A program made the translations under genes and the position numbers. From Candidatus Omnitrophota bacterium (GTDB taxonomy: Bacteria; Ratteibacteria; UBA8468; MWAK01): a stretch of DNA of 40,644 bases. Positions 8,041 through 16,900 of this stretch are shown piece by piece (positions within the stretch are counted from its first letter, which is position 1; every line of letters begins with the position of its first letter). Below the pieces are notes generated by a model that was not told where the DNA came from, searched no databases, and saw only the letters and a list, made by a program, of their open reading frames with translations. The DNA lies in assembly GCA_043797665.1 (NCBI GenBank), contig JAZDPL010000090.1, positions 1 through 40,644 of the forward strand, written 5' to 3'.

Positions 8041-9009
8041 TCAAGAAGTGGATAGCGCAGAGGTTTTAAGATGGCGGCGGAGGAAGCCTGCGGTGAGGCT
8101 GGTGATCCGGCGGGAGAGCAGAGGCGAGGTAAAGTGAGAACAGGGTAACCAGACAATCTCCGGTTTGCCGGCGGCTCTCCAGAACTCCCGGGTGTAATGT
8201 CTGGGGATAATGAGGTCAAAAGAACCGTTGAGCATTAAGAAATCTTCCCTGCGAAAATAACCTGCCCGGGCGTAGGTAAGCGGGTCAACCAGAAACCAGG
8301 GCCAGGCAGGTTCCACATTTTCCACGCCTTTTTCCTTCACCAGATTAAGAAATCCGCGATAGTCTTTAACCGCCTGGCGGCAATGGTAAGGGTTTAATCC
8401 TTTAACAATGCCAGCGATGACCAGGGGTAAGGTCATGGGACTTTCTGCTACTACGCCGCCGAGGTTTCCTGCTCCCAGGATGGAAACCGCGGTTTTAATC
8501 CGGTGCTCTACCGCAAAGGCGGTATTCAAGATAATTGCACCCAGGCTTATCCCCATTGCACCGATACCCTGTTTGACCGCAGCAGAAAAGGTCGGTTCTC
8601 TTTCCAGAATATCAATCAGGGAAGAGATATCTACTATCGCTTGGCGAAACGCAGAGACAGAATGTTCCGCGTCGGTCGTGATAAACACCTGTCCACTTAG
8701 TTTGCCGGCCGGGGTACGGTCCATATGATAGGGTAGCTGGAGGAAGAAGGTGGTAAATCCTAACGCCCCCAACTTTTTCCAGAGATAACGGGCGTAGGAA
8801 TGTGTTTGTTCGTATAGACCATGAGTTACGATGACGGCGGGTCCTCCGCAAGGAGGTAGTAAAAAGGAGACACGTACCAGGTCGTTATTGATATTTCCAG
8901 ACGGTACCGCTGAATTAAAGGTCAGTAAACCCGTCCGTCCTTTGTTTAATGTGCCCCTCCAGGAAAGATGATAAACCTGGGGTTTTTGATAAATAAAGTA
9001 TCTGGTCAT
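8041..9009 (-). CDS. Alpha/beta-hydrolase fold protein
   Basis: THG oxyanion region, GISLG nucleophile elbow, candidate Asp (GSFDLII) and His (CSHF). Confidence 0.75.
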   Translation of the reverse strand: MTRYFIYQKPQVYHLSWRGTLNKGRTGLLTFNSAVPSGNINNDLVRVSFLLPPCGGPAVIVTHGLYEQTHSYARYLWKKLGALGFTTFFLQLPYHMDRTPAGKLSGQVFITTDAEHSVSAFRQAIVDISSLIDILEREPTFSAAVKQGIGAMGISLGAIILNTAFAVEHRIKTAVSILGAGNLGGVVAESPMTLPLVIAGIVKGLNPYHCRQAVKDYRGFLNLVKEKGVENVEPAWPWFLVDPLTYARAGYFRREDFLMLNGSFDLIIPRHYTREFWRAAGKPEIVWLPCSHFTSPLLSRRITSLTAGFLRRHLKTSALSTS

Positions 9010-9025
9010 AAGATTTTAAAATGGA

Positions 9026-9054
9026 ATTATAACAACCCCCCACCGGTTTGTCAA
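9026..9054 (-). promoter_or_regulatory. Consensus sigma-70 promoter for the hydrolase gene
   Basis: Minus strand reads TTGACA (9054-9049), 17-nt spacer, TATAAT (9031-9026): a perfect consensus. Confidence 0.7.
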
Positions 9055-9077
9055 TTCCCGCATTTTTAGGTTATAAT
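9048..9077 (+). promoter_or_regulatory. Putative sigma-70 promoter for the EF-G paralog, overlapping the divergent -35
   Basis: TTGTCA (9048-9053), 18-nt spacer, TATAAT (9072-9077); AAGGAG RBS before 9118. Confidence 0.55.
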
Positions 9078-9117
9078 ATAAAGATAACGTTCGTTTATAT
9101 TAAATAAGGAGATAGAG

Positions 9118-11046
9118 ATGCGTAAAATCAGAAATATCGCTTTTTTAGGCCAGGGCAAAGGTGGCAAGACCACCCTGATTGAAGGTTTGCTCTTTAAGGC
9201 CGGCGCGATTACCCGAATGGGAAGTATCACGGAGGGTAACACCACGGCCGATTTTGACCAGGAAGAGACCAAGCGGCAGTTGAGCATTAATTTGGCTTTA
9301 ACCCATTTGGACTGGAAGGGTGTCCGGATTAACCTCATTGATACTCCGGGCTACGCTGATTTTCTGGGTGAGGCGCTCTCCGGTACTTCTGCGGCAGACT
9401 TTGCCGCGATTACCATCCCGGCGGACAGCGGTCCGGCGGTTGGCGCCGATAATGCCTGGAAGATTGTTTCCCGCCGGAACCTGCCGGTATTTCTTGTCGT
9501 AACCAAAAGCGAACTGGGGAATTCTTCTGCGGTTGAATCATACGCCGCCAAACTGAGTGCGAAGTGGCGGATTAAGGTAATTCCTGTCACCAACCAGTCC
9601 GGTCTCACTGAAGTAGCGGCAGAAACGGACGATGCGCTCCTTACCAAATATTTAGAACAGGGCAGCCTTTCTCCGGAAGAATTCCGGACCGGTTTGAAGA
9701 AAGCGATTCTTAGCCGTTATGTATGTCCTCTCTTTCTGGTTTCTGCGGTGAAGGGTGAAGGGCTGACGGAATTCCTTGATTTTGCGGCGGAATTTCTTCC
9801 CGAGTACCAGGATCTGGCGCCGGTGCCTCTGGCAAAGGAGGGAGAAAGTATCGCACGCGGAAGCGATTCGGTCTACCTCCAGGTTTTTAAAAGCACCGCC
9901 GACCCTTACGTGGGCAGGCTTTCCTACTTTAAGATTGCCTCGGGAACTCTCATCCCCAATACCACGCTGATTAATCTTAATCGTTCCGAAAAAGAACGTT
10001 TAGGCCAGTTTTTTTATATCCAGGGAAAGAAGCAGGATTCAACCGAAAAGGGCGAACCCGGCGATATCCTGGGTGTGGCAAAATTGAGCGCCACCCGTAC
10101 CGGTGATACCTTAACCTCCGCCGGACAGGCAACCCCCCTTTCGGTTATTCCGTTTCCTAATTCCGCCATCTCAGTTTCTTTGTTAGCCAAAGAGAAAGGG
10201 AGTGAAGAGAAATTAGGTTCTGCATTCGGCCGGATGGTTGAAGAAGACCCCACCATTCAGATTACCCGGGACGTGGAGACCGGCGAGACGATACTCTCTG
10301 GCTTAGGTGATTTACACCTGGAAATCTGGGTAAGCCGGATAGCGAGCCGGTTTGGGGTTGAGGTGGTGAAAGGGATTCCCAAGATTGCCTACCGGGAAAC
10401 CGTAACTACTGCCGCCAGCGATCAGGGTAAATATAAGAGGCAGACCGGCGGTCATGGTCAGTACGGTGACTGCTGGCTGAAGATCGAACCGCTTCCCCGG
10501 GGTGCCGGCTTTGAATTCGTCGATGCGATTGTAGGCGGTGCCATTCCCCGGCAATACATCCCTTCGGTAGAAAAGGGGGTGCGCGAGGCGATGTTAAAAG
10601 GGGCCTTAGCCAACTATCCGGTTACCGATATCCGGGTAACCCTTCACGATGGCACCTTCCACGATGTGGATTCATCCGATATCGCTTTTCAGATTGCCGG
10701 CTCTTTAGCGTTTAAGAAGGTTACCGGTGAGGCTAAACCAGCCCTTCTGGAACCGATTATGAACGTTGAGGTTACTATACCCAGTGACTACGTGGGTGAT
10801 GCGATGGGTGACATCAACGGCCGCCGGGGCAAGGTTTTAAACATAGACAGCGCCGACAGTGAGGACCAGAAAATTTCCGCGCAGATACCACTGTCAGAGA
10901 TGGCAAACTACGCCACGTCCCTGCGTTCTTTAACCAGCGGCCGGGGAAGTTACCAGGCAGAGTTTTCCCATTACGAATTTGTACCGTACCAGATTGCGGA
11001 GAAGATAATCAAGGAACGCCAGGCAGGTAAGGAAGAAAAGAGTTAA
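9118..11046 (+). CDS. fusA: Elongation factor G paralog (EF-G2-like)
   Basis: IRNIAFLG..GGKTT, DTPGYADF, EEDPT, GLGDLHLEI, YRETV, KRQTGGHGQYG, FHDVDSS, LLEPIM. G motifs are divergent, typical of a second EF-G. Confidence 0.85.
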   Translation: MRKIRNIAFLGQGKGGKTTLIEGLLFKAGAITRMGSITEGNTTADFDQEETKRQLSINLALTHLDWKGVRINLIDTPGYADFLGEALSGTSAADFAAITIPADSGPAVGADNAWKIVSRRNLPVFLVVTKSELGNSSAVESYAAKLSAKWRIKVIPVTNQSGLTEVAAETDDALLTKYLEQGSLSPEEFRTGLKKAILSRYVCPLFLVSAVKGEGLTEFLDFAAEFLPEYQDLAPVPLAKEGESIARGSDSVYLQVFKSTADPYVGRLSYFKIASGTLIPNTTLINLNRSEKERLGQFFYIQGKKQDSTEKGEPGDILGVAKLSATRTGDTLTSAGQATPLSVIPFPNSAISVSLLAKEKGSEEKLGSAFGRMVEEDPTIQITRDVETGETILSGLGDLHLEIWVSRIASRFGVEVVKGIPKIAYRETVTTAASDQGKYKRQTGGHGQYGDCWLKIEPLPRGAGFEFVDAIVGGAIPRQYIPSVEKGVREAMLKGALANYPVTDIRVTLHDGTFHDVDSSDIAFQIAGSLAFKKVTGEAKPALLEPIMNVEVTIPSDYVGDAMGDINGRRGKVLNIDSADSEDQKISAQIPLSEMANYATSLRSLTSGRGSYQAEFSHYEFVPYQIAEKIIKERQAGKEEKS

Positions 11047-11076
11047 GGAAAACTTGACTGCATAGGAATTTCTTTT

Positions 11077-11192
11077 GTAGGGGCTTGATTCATCAAGCCC
11101 GCGGGTCGGATGAATCCGACCCCTACAATAATTGAAATGTAGGGGCTCAATTCATTGAGCCCGAGAATGTAGGGGCGCCATTTATGGCGCCC
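11077..11192. repeat. Cluster of four GTAG REPs upstream of RAYT
   Basis: Doublet 11077-11126 plus tandem REPs starting at 11139 and 11169. Confidence 0.9.
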
Positions 11193-11212
11193 GAAAAAGA
11201 CTTAAATGCTCC

Positions 11213-11644
11213 ATGAGTAATCTGCCAAAACGCAAAGAGATTCGCCTGAAGAATTACGACTATTCTTCCAACGGTTGCTATTTCGTAACCATTTGTACTA
11301 ATAACAAACAGCCTTTCATAGAAGAACACAGACAGGAAATTGAAGGGGTTTTATTAAGCCTTCCCACAAGATTTATTGGTTTAGGTCTCGACTATTATTG
11401 CCTGCTGCCTACGCATCTTCATATCATCTTAATTCTTGAAAATGTCAAGGTTGCCCTGTCTCAGATAGTACGAACATTTAAAGCCCTGGTGACTAAACTG
11501 ACAGGAGGAAAATTTTTCTGGCAACGAAATTATTATGAGCATGTGATTAGAACGGAAAAAGCCCTGTCCAAAATCAGGGAATATATCCAGTCTAATCCCT
11601 TGGTGGAGCGGATAAGGTTTGAGCAGTTTTATGAGAATGCGTAA
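11213..11644 (+). CDS. REP-associated tyrosine transposase (RAYT; IS200-like Y1 HUH family)
   Basis: RKEIRLKNYDYS..GCYFVTICT N-terminal motif, HUH motif (THLHII), WQRNYYEHVIR and catalytic-Tyr region YIQSNP; REP clusters on both sides. Confidence 0.9.
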   Translation: MSNLPKRKEIRLKNYDYSSNGCYFVTICTNNKQPFIEEHRQEIEGVLLSLPTRFIGLGLDYYCLLPTHLHIILILENVKVALSQIVRTFKALVTKLTGGKFFWQRNYYEHVIRTEKALSKIREYIQSNPLVERIRFEQFYENA

Positions 11645-11647
11645 TCT

Positions 11648-11799
11648 GTAGGGACGACATTTATGACGCCCGAAAATACGCGGGGCGGATGAATCCGCCC
11701 ACTACACTACCGGTGTTTAGTGAATATTCATGTTTTTCGGGTCGGATGAATCCAACCCCTACAATAATTGAAATGTAGGGGCTCAATTCATTGAGCCCG
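11648..11799. repeat. Cluster of four GTAG REPs downstream of RAYT
   Basis: Degenerate doublet 11648-11705 followed by a degenerate shell arm, then two further REPs. 11738-11799 directly repeats 11102-11163 with 1 mismatch. Confidence 0.9.
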
Positions 11800-11810
11800 C
11801 TGGGGGGTAT

Positions 11811-12569
11811 ATGAGTGGACATTCCAAATGGGCGAGCATCAAACACAAAAAGGCCGCGGTTGATGCTAAGAAGGGCAAGGCTTTTACCAAGTTAATCCGG
11901 GAGATTATGATGGCCGCCCGCGGTGGCGGAGGAAATCCGGATTCTAATCCCCGGCTTCGGATGGCTATGGAAAAAGGACGGGAATTTAATATGCCTGCGG
12001 ACAACATCAAGCGTGCCATCCAGAAGGGTACCGGCGAAGGTACGGATATCCGGATGGAAGAAATCTCCTACGAAGGATATGGTCCTGCCGGCGTAGCGAT
12101 TAAATTGGATGTGGTTACCGATAACAAGCGCCGGACCGCCGCGGAAATCCGAGCCATTTTTTCCAAGCAAAACGGAAATTTAGGTGAGGTGGGTTGCGTC
12201 TCCTGGATGTTTGAACGGAAGGGTCAGATTTCGGTTCCCAGGGCAGGTACGGACGAAGATACGCTTTTTGCCGCAGCGATTGAGTCCGGCGCCGATGACG
12301 TTGTCTCCGAAGTCGAAGCATTCCAGATTTACGGCAAACCGGAGATTCTGGAAAAGGTAAAACAAGAAATAGAGAATAAGGGAATCAAGACCGGTTCCGT
12401 GTCCCTGACGATGGTTCCCAAGTCCACGGTTAAGATTGACGGCAAGGATGCGGAGCACCTCTTAAGACTCCTGGATGCGCTGGAAGACCACGACGAAGTC
12501 CAGACGGTTTACTCCAACTTTGAAATGTCGGACGAACTATGGGAAAAACTTGAATCCCAGTCGCCATAA
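11811..12569 (+). CDS. yebC: YebC/PmpR family protein
   Basis: MSGHSKWASIKHKK, NPRLR, YEGYGPAGVA, TDNKRRT; canonical position upstream of ruvC. Confidence 0.95.
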   Translation: MSGHSKWASIKHKKAAVDAKKGKAFTKLIREIMMAARGGGGNPDSNPRLRMAMEKGREFNMPADNIKRAIQKGTGEGTDIRMEEISYEGYGPAGVAIKLDVVTDNKRRTAAEIRAIFSKQNGNLGEVGCVSWMFERKGQISVPRAGTDEDTLFAAAIESGADDVVSEVEAFQIYGKPEILEKVKQEIENKGIKTGSVSLTMVPKSTVKIDGKDAEHLLRLLDALEDHDEVQTVYSNFEMSDELWEKLESQSP

Positions 12570-12590
12570 AAATGCAAACGGCATGTTGTG

Positions 12591-12658
12591 TGTCATTCTG
12601 AGTGTAACGAAGAATCTCTATTTTAGATTTAGATCCTTCGCTGGCGCTCAGGATGACA
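12591..12658. repeat. TGTCA-type REP doublet (TCTGAG subfamily)
   Basis: TGTCATTCTGAGTGTAACGAAGAATCT ... AGATCCTTCGCTGGCGCTCAGGATGACA. Confidence 0.8.
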
Positions 12659-12674
12659 AAAGACATCTACTTAC

Positions 12675-13166
12675 ATGACTGTGGTGGGATTTGACCCGGG
12701 GCTGAACCGTACCGGCTACGCAATCATAAAAGACACCACGCCGGTTTCCGTCCTGACTCATGGTGTAATTGTTGCTCATCCCAGACAACCGCTTAACCGG
12801 CGTTTTGCCCTGATTTTTTCTTCCGCCCAAAAGATTCTTCAGGATTACCGGCCGGAGGTGGTTACGGTGGAGGAGGTTTATTTCGCCAACAATCCCCAGA
12901 CCACCCTTAAGATTGGGATTGTCCGGGGACTCCTGTTTGCGGCTGCCCTGGAGCAAAAGATTGATGTGGTCTCCTTTTCTCCCGCGGAGGTTAAGATGGC
13001 GGTCAGCGGTAAAGGTAATGCCACCAAAGAACAGGTCCAGTACCTGACCGCCGCGATACTTGGTTTAAAAGAGAGTCTACCGGAAGACAGCGCAGACGCT
13101 CTGGCGCTCTGTCTCTGTTATCTCAGCCACCTTAAGTATCAGAAAAGGCTCCAGGATGCTAAATGA
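12675..13166 (+). CDS. ruvC: Holliday junction resolvase RuvC
   Basis: VVGFDPG..RTGY, VEEVYF, VKMAVSGKGNATKEQV, DSADALA. Confidence 0.95.
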   Translation: MTVVGFDPGLNRTGYAIIKDTTPVSVLTHGVIVAHPRQPLNRRFALIFSSAQKILQDYRPEVVTVEEVYFANNPQTTLKIGIVRGLLFAAALEQKIDVVSFSPAEVKMAVSGKGNATKEQVQYLTAAILGLKESLPEDSADALALCLCYLSHLKYQKRLQDAK

Positions 13167-13168
13167 AT

Positions 13169-13200
13169 TGTCATTCCCGCGTGTAGTAAGCGGGAATCCA
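13169..13200 (+). repeat. TGTCA-type REP (CCCGC subfamily)
   Basis: TGTCATTCCCGCGTGTAGTAAGCGGGAATCCA; exact reverse complement of 27345-27376. Confidence 0.85.
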
Positions 13201-13202
13201 CA

Positions 13203-13787
13203 ATGTTTGCGTATCTAAAAGGTAAATTGGCAATAAAGACCCCGGCCTTAGTGGTTATTGACGTAGGCGGGGTAGGCTATGAGGTGCGCATACCCATTTC
13301 TACCTTTGACCAATTACCCGATGAGGGTAAAGAATCGTTCCTCTACATCTACCCCTGCTATCGTCCGGAGAGTATTACTCTGTGCGGTTTTGCCACCCAG
13401 GCGGAGAAGAACCTTTTTAATCTTCTTTTAGGGGTCTCCGGTGTAGGTCCCAAGGTTGCGCTGACTATTCTTTCCGGAACCACCATAGCCGGTTTTTGCC
13501 GCGCCATTATCGCCGAAGACAATAAAACACTCAGCGCGATCTCCGGAGTAGGGAAAAAGTTGAGCCAGCGTTTGATTACCGAGTTAAAGGACCAGGTCCA
13601 GACATTAGGTGGAATGCCAATGCCGGCCGGAGAGGCTGTCTTGGAGAAGGATGCCATCGGCGCCCTGGTTACCTTAGGGTATCCGCGGGTCCACGCGCTA
13701 AAGGCGGTTCAACAGGTCCTTACTTCCCGAAAGGCGGCCGCGCCCAATTTAGAAACCCTGATTAAAGAAGCCCTGAAAATAATATGA
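13203..13787 (+). CDS. ruvA: Holliday junction DNA-binding protein RuvA
   Basis: MFAYLKG, IDVGGVGYEV, LLGVSGVGPKVAL, GVGKK.SQRLITELK, ALVTLGY. Confidence 0.95.
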   Translation: MFAYLKGKLAIKTPALVVIDVGGVGYEVRIPISTFDQLPDEGKESFLYIYPCYRPESITLCGFATQAEKNLFNLLLGVSGVGPKVALTILSGTTIAGFCRAIIAEDNKTLSAISGVGKKLSQRLITELKDQVQTLGGMPMPAGEAVLEKDAIGALVTLGYPRVHALKAVQQVLTSRKAAAPNLETLIKEALKII

Positions 13788-13803
13788 CAAAAGAAATAAT
13801 ATT

Positions 13804-13889
13804 GTAGGGGTTTGATTTATCAAACCCGAGGGATACGGGCGCCCTTCCCAATTCAATGGGAAGGGGACCCGCATAAATGGCGCCCCTAC
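13804..13889. repeat. GTAG REP doublet carrying a nested 29-bp mini-hairpin (13843-13871)
   Basis: Removing CCTTCCCAATTCAATGGGAAGGGGACCCG restores GGGCGCCATAAATGGCGCCCCTAC. Confidence 0.85.
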
Positions 13890-13917
13890 ATTTCAAATGG
13901 CGAAGAAAATTTAAAAG

Positions 13918-16900
13918 ATGGAGGTGGAAATGGCCCTGAAAATTGTTGTGGTAACTAATATGATACTGAAAAGGTTGACAGGTTTTTTGGGGTGTCTGGT
14001 TTTAGCGATTCTGTTGGTGATAGGGTTCTCGCACAGCATTCCGGCGAATGGCAGCGTTTCGTTTGCCACGGCGACCAACTACAGCGTGGGAAATTATCCA
14101 GTTTCAGTAACCACAGGAGATTTTAACAGGGACGGTAAGACTGACCTTGCCGTGGCAAATTATAACAGCGACAATGTCTCAATCCTATTAGGTGTTGGAG
14201 ACGGGACATTTGGAGCCGCGACCAACTATAATGCGGGAAGTAGTCCATACTCAGTAACCGCAGGAGATTTTAACGGAGACGGTAAGGATGACCTTGCCGT
14301 GGTAAATTCTGGCAGCGACAATGTCTCAATCCTATCAGGTGCTGGAGACGGGACATTTGGAGCCGCGACCAACTACAGTGCGGGAACCTCTCCCCTTTCA
14401 GTAACCGCAGGAGATTTTAACGGAGACGGCAAGGATGACCTTGCCGTGGCAAATTATTTCGGCGCCAATGTCTCAATTCTATTAGGTGCTGGAGACGGGA
14501 CATTTGAAGCCGCGACCAACTATAATGCGGGAAGTGGTCCAGGCTCAGTAACCGCAGGAGATTTTAACGGAGACGGCAAGCCTGACCTTGCCGTGGCAAA
14601 TTCTGACAGCGCCAATGTCTCAATCCTGATTAATACTACTACTTTTGCTGCCTCCGGCACCTTTGGCGGAGCAGTGAATTACAACGTGGGAACCTATCCA
14701 TTATCAGTAACCACAGAAGATTTTAACAGAGACGGCAAGACTGACCTTGCCGTGGCAAATTTTGACAGCGACAATGTCTCAATCCTATCAGGTGTTGGAG
14801 ACGGGACATTTGAAGCCGCAACCAACTACAGCGTGGGAAGTGTTCCAGTCTCAGTAACCGCAGGAGATTTTAACCGAGACGGCAAGACTGACCTTGCCGT
14901 GGCAAATTATTTCGGCGCCAATGTCTCAATCCTATTAGGTGCTGGAGACGGGACATTTGGAGCCGCGACCAACTACAGCGTGGGAGATGGTCCAGTCTCA
15001 GTAACTACAGGAGATTTTAACAGGGACGGCAAGACTGACCTTGCCGTGGCAAATTCTGAAAGCGACAATGTCTCTATCCTGTCAGGTGTTGGAGACGGGA
15101 CATTTGGAGCCGCGACCAACTACAGCGTGGGAAGTGTTCCAGTCTCAGTAACCGCAGGAGATTTTAACCGAGACGGCAAGACTGACCTTGCCGTGGCAAA
15201 TTTTAACAGCGCCAATGTCTCAATCCTGTCAGGTGTTGGAGACGGGACATTTGGAGCCGCGACCAACTACAACGTGGGAACCTCTCCATTCTCAGTAACC
15301 GCAGGAGATTTTAACCGAGACGGCAAGACTGACCTTGCCGTAGCAAATGTTGACAGCGCCAATGTCTCAATCCTGTCAGGTGTTGGAGACGGGACATTTG
15401 GAGCCGCGACCAACTACAGCGTGGGAACCTCTCCAGCCTCAGTAACCGCAGGAGATTTTAACCGAGACGGCAAGACTGACCTTGCCGTAGCAAATTCTGG
15501 CAGCGCCAATGTCTCAATTCTGTCAGGTGTTGGAGACGGGACATTTGAAGCAGCGACCAACTACAGTGTGGGAACCTCTCCATACTCAGTAACCGCAGGA
15601 GATTTTAACCGAGACGGCAAGACTGACCTTGCCGTGGCAAATGCTGAAAGCGCCAATGTCTCTATTTTGCTCAACAAAGTTTTTGTAATAACCGCCTCGG
15701 CCGGCAGTAATGGAAGCATCGCTCCGTCCGGTGCAGTCAGCGTCAATTATGGAGCCAGCCAGACATTCACCATAACCCCGGATACCGGATACCAGGTGGC
15801 TGACGTTCTGGTAGATTCGGTTTCTCAGGGTGCGGTTACCAGTTACACCTTCACCAACGTAACCGCAAACCACACCATATCGGCCAGTTTTGCTATCAAC
15901 ACCTACACCATAACCGCCTCTGCCGGCAGTAATGGAAGCATCGCTCCGTCCGGTGCGGTCAGCGTCAACTATGGAGCCAGCCAGGCATTTACCATCACCC
16001 CGGCAACCGGATACCAGGTGGCTGATGTTCTGGTGGATTCGGTTTCTCAGGGTGCGGTTACCAGTTACACCTTCACCACCGTCACCGCAAACCACACCAT
16101 CTCGGCCAGTTTTGCCATCAACACCTATACCATAACCGCCTCGGCCGGCAGTAATGGAAGCATCGCTCCCTCCGGTGCGGTCAGCGTCAACTATGGAGGT
16201 AGCCAGGCATTCACCGTCACGCCGGCAACCGGATACCAGGTGGCTGACGTTCTGGTGGACGGAAGTTCGGTGGGTGCGGTTACCAGTTACACCTTCACCA
16301 ATGTCACCGCAAATCACACCATATCCGCTAATTTTGCCGTCAACACCGACACCAACCAGCCTCCGACCAAGCCGGACGCTTCTCAAACCATTCTCAGATA
16401 TTTCCCGTCTTTATCGGAAGTCAATTACGACCAGGTCAACCTGGACTTTCCCATCCAGATAACCGGCCAGGCATTTACAGACAATGACAGCAGCGACACC
16501 CATCTGGCCAGCCAGTTCCGGGTGTTCTGCGGAACTGATGTGGTCTTTGCCGACACCGTAACGAACAATACCCTGACTCAGACGGTGATGTCCAGCATCA
16601 TCCTGCAGCCGGGGAAAACGCACGGGGTTCAGATTCGCTACCAGGACAACCATCTTGACTGGTCCGAATGGTCGGACAACCGAAATTTCATAGTGGTGGC
16701 AAAATCGGGCACCAGGGACGCAGACAACGACGGAGTGGCTGACGACAGCGAAGCAACCGATACCATGCTGGCAGAATACGGTTTAAGCGAATACGCCGGT
16801 CTTGACACGGCCAAGGTGATATTAGATGCGGTACAATCACTGCCGGTTCTGGTGGAAATAACCGGGGCCGACAGCATTGCCTACCTGTTAGCCGTGAACC

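Noticed and set aside
9084..9100. LexA/SOS-type operator (ATAACGTTCGTTTAT) upstream of the EF-G paralog
   Set aside because: It is only an imperfect palindrome, and no matching copies were seen upstream of the ruv genes or recX.
11077..11799. CRISPR array or IS200/IS605 element
   Set aside because: The repeats are inverted, irregularly spaced and lack unique spacers, and there are no cas genes. There is no tnpB, and the protein plus flanking REPs fit RAYT better.
14062..16347. CRISPR-like or non-coding tandem array
   Set aside because: Periods of 147 and 222 bp are multiples of three and lie within one open frame encoding recognisable protein repeats.
15586..16386. 266-aa antisense ORF and other overlapping ORFs (e.g. 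4066-4722, 29676-30218, 36411-36848)
   Set aside because: These are shadow frames of well-supported genes, with no recognisable motifs.
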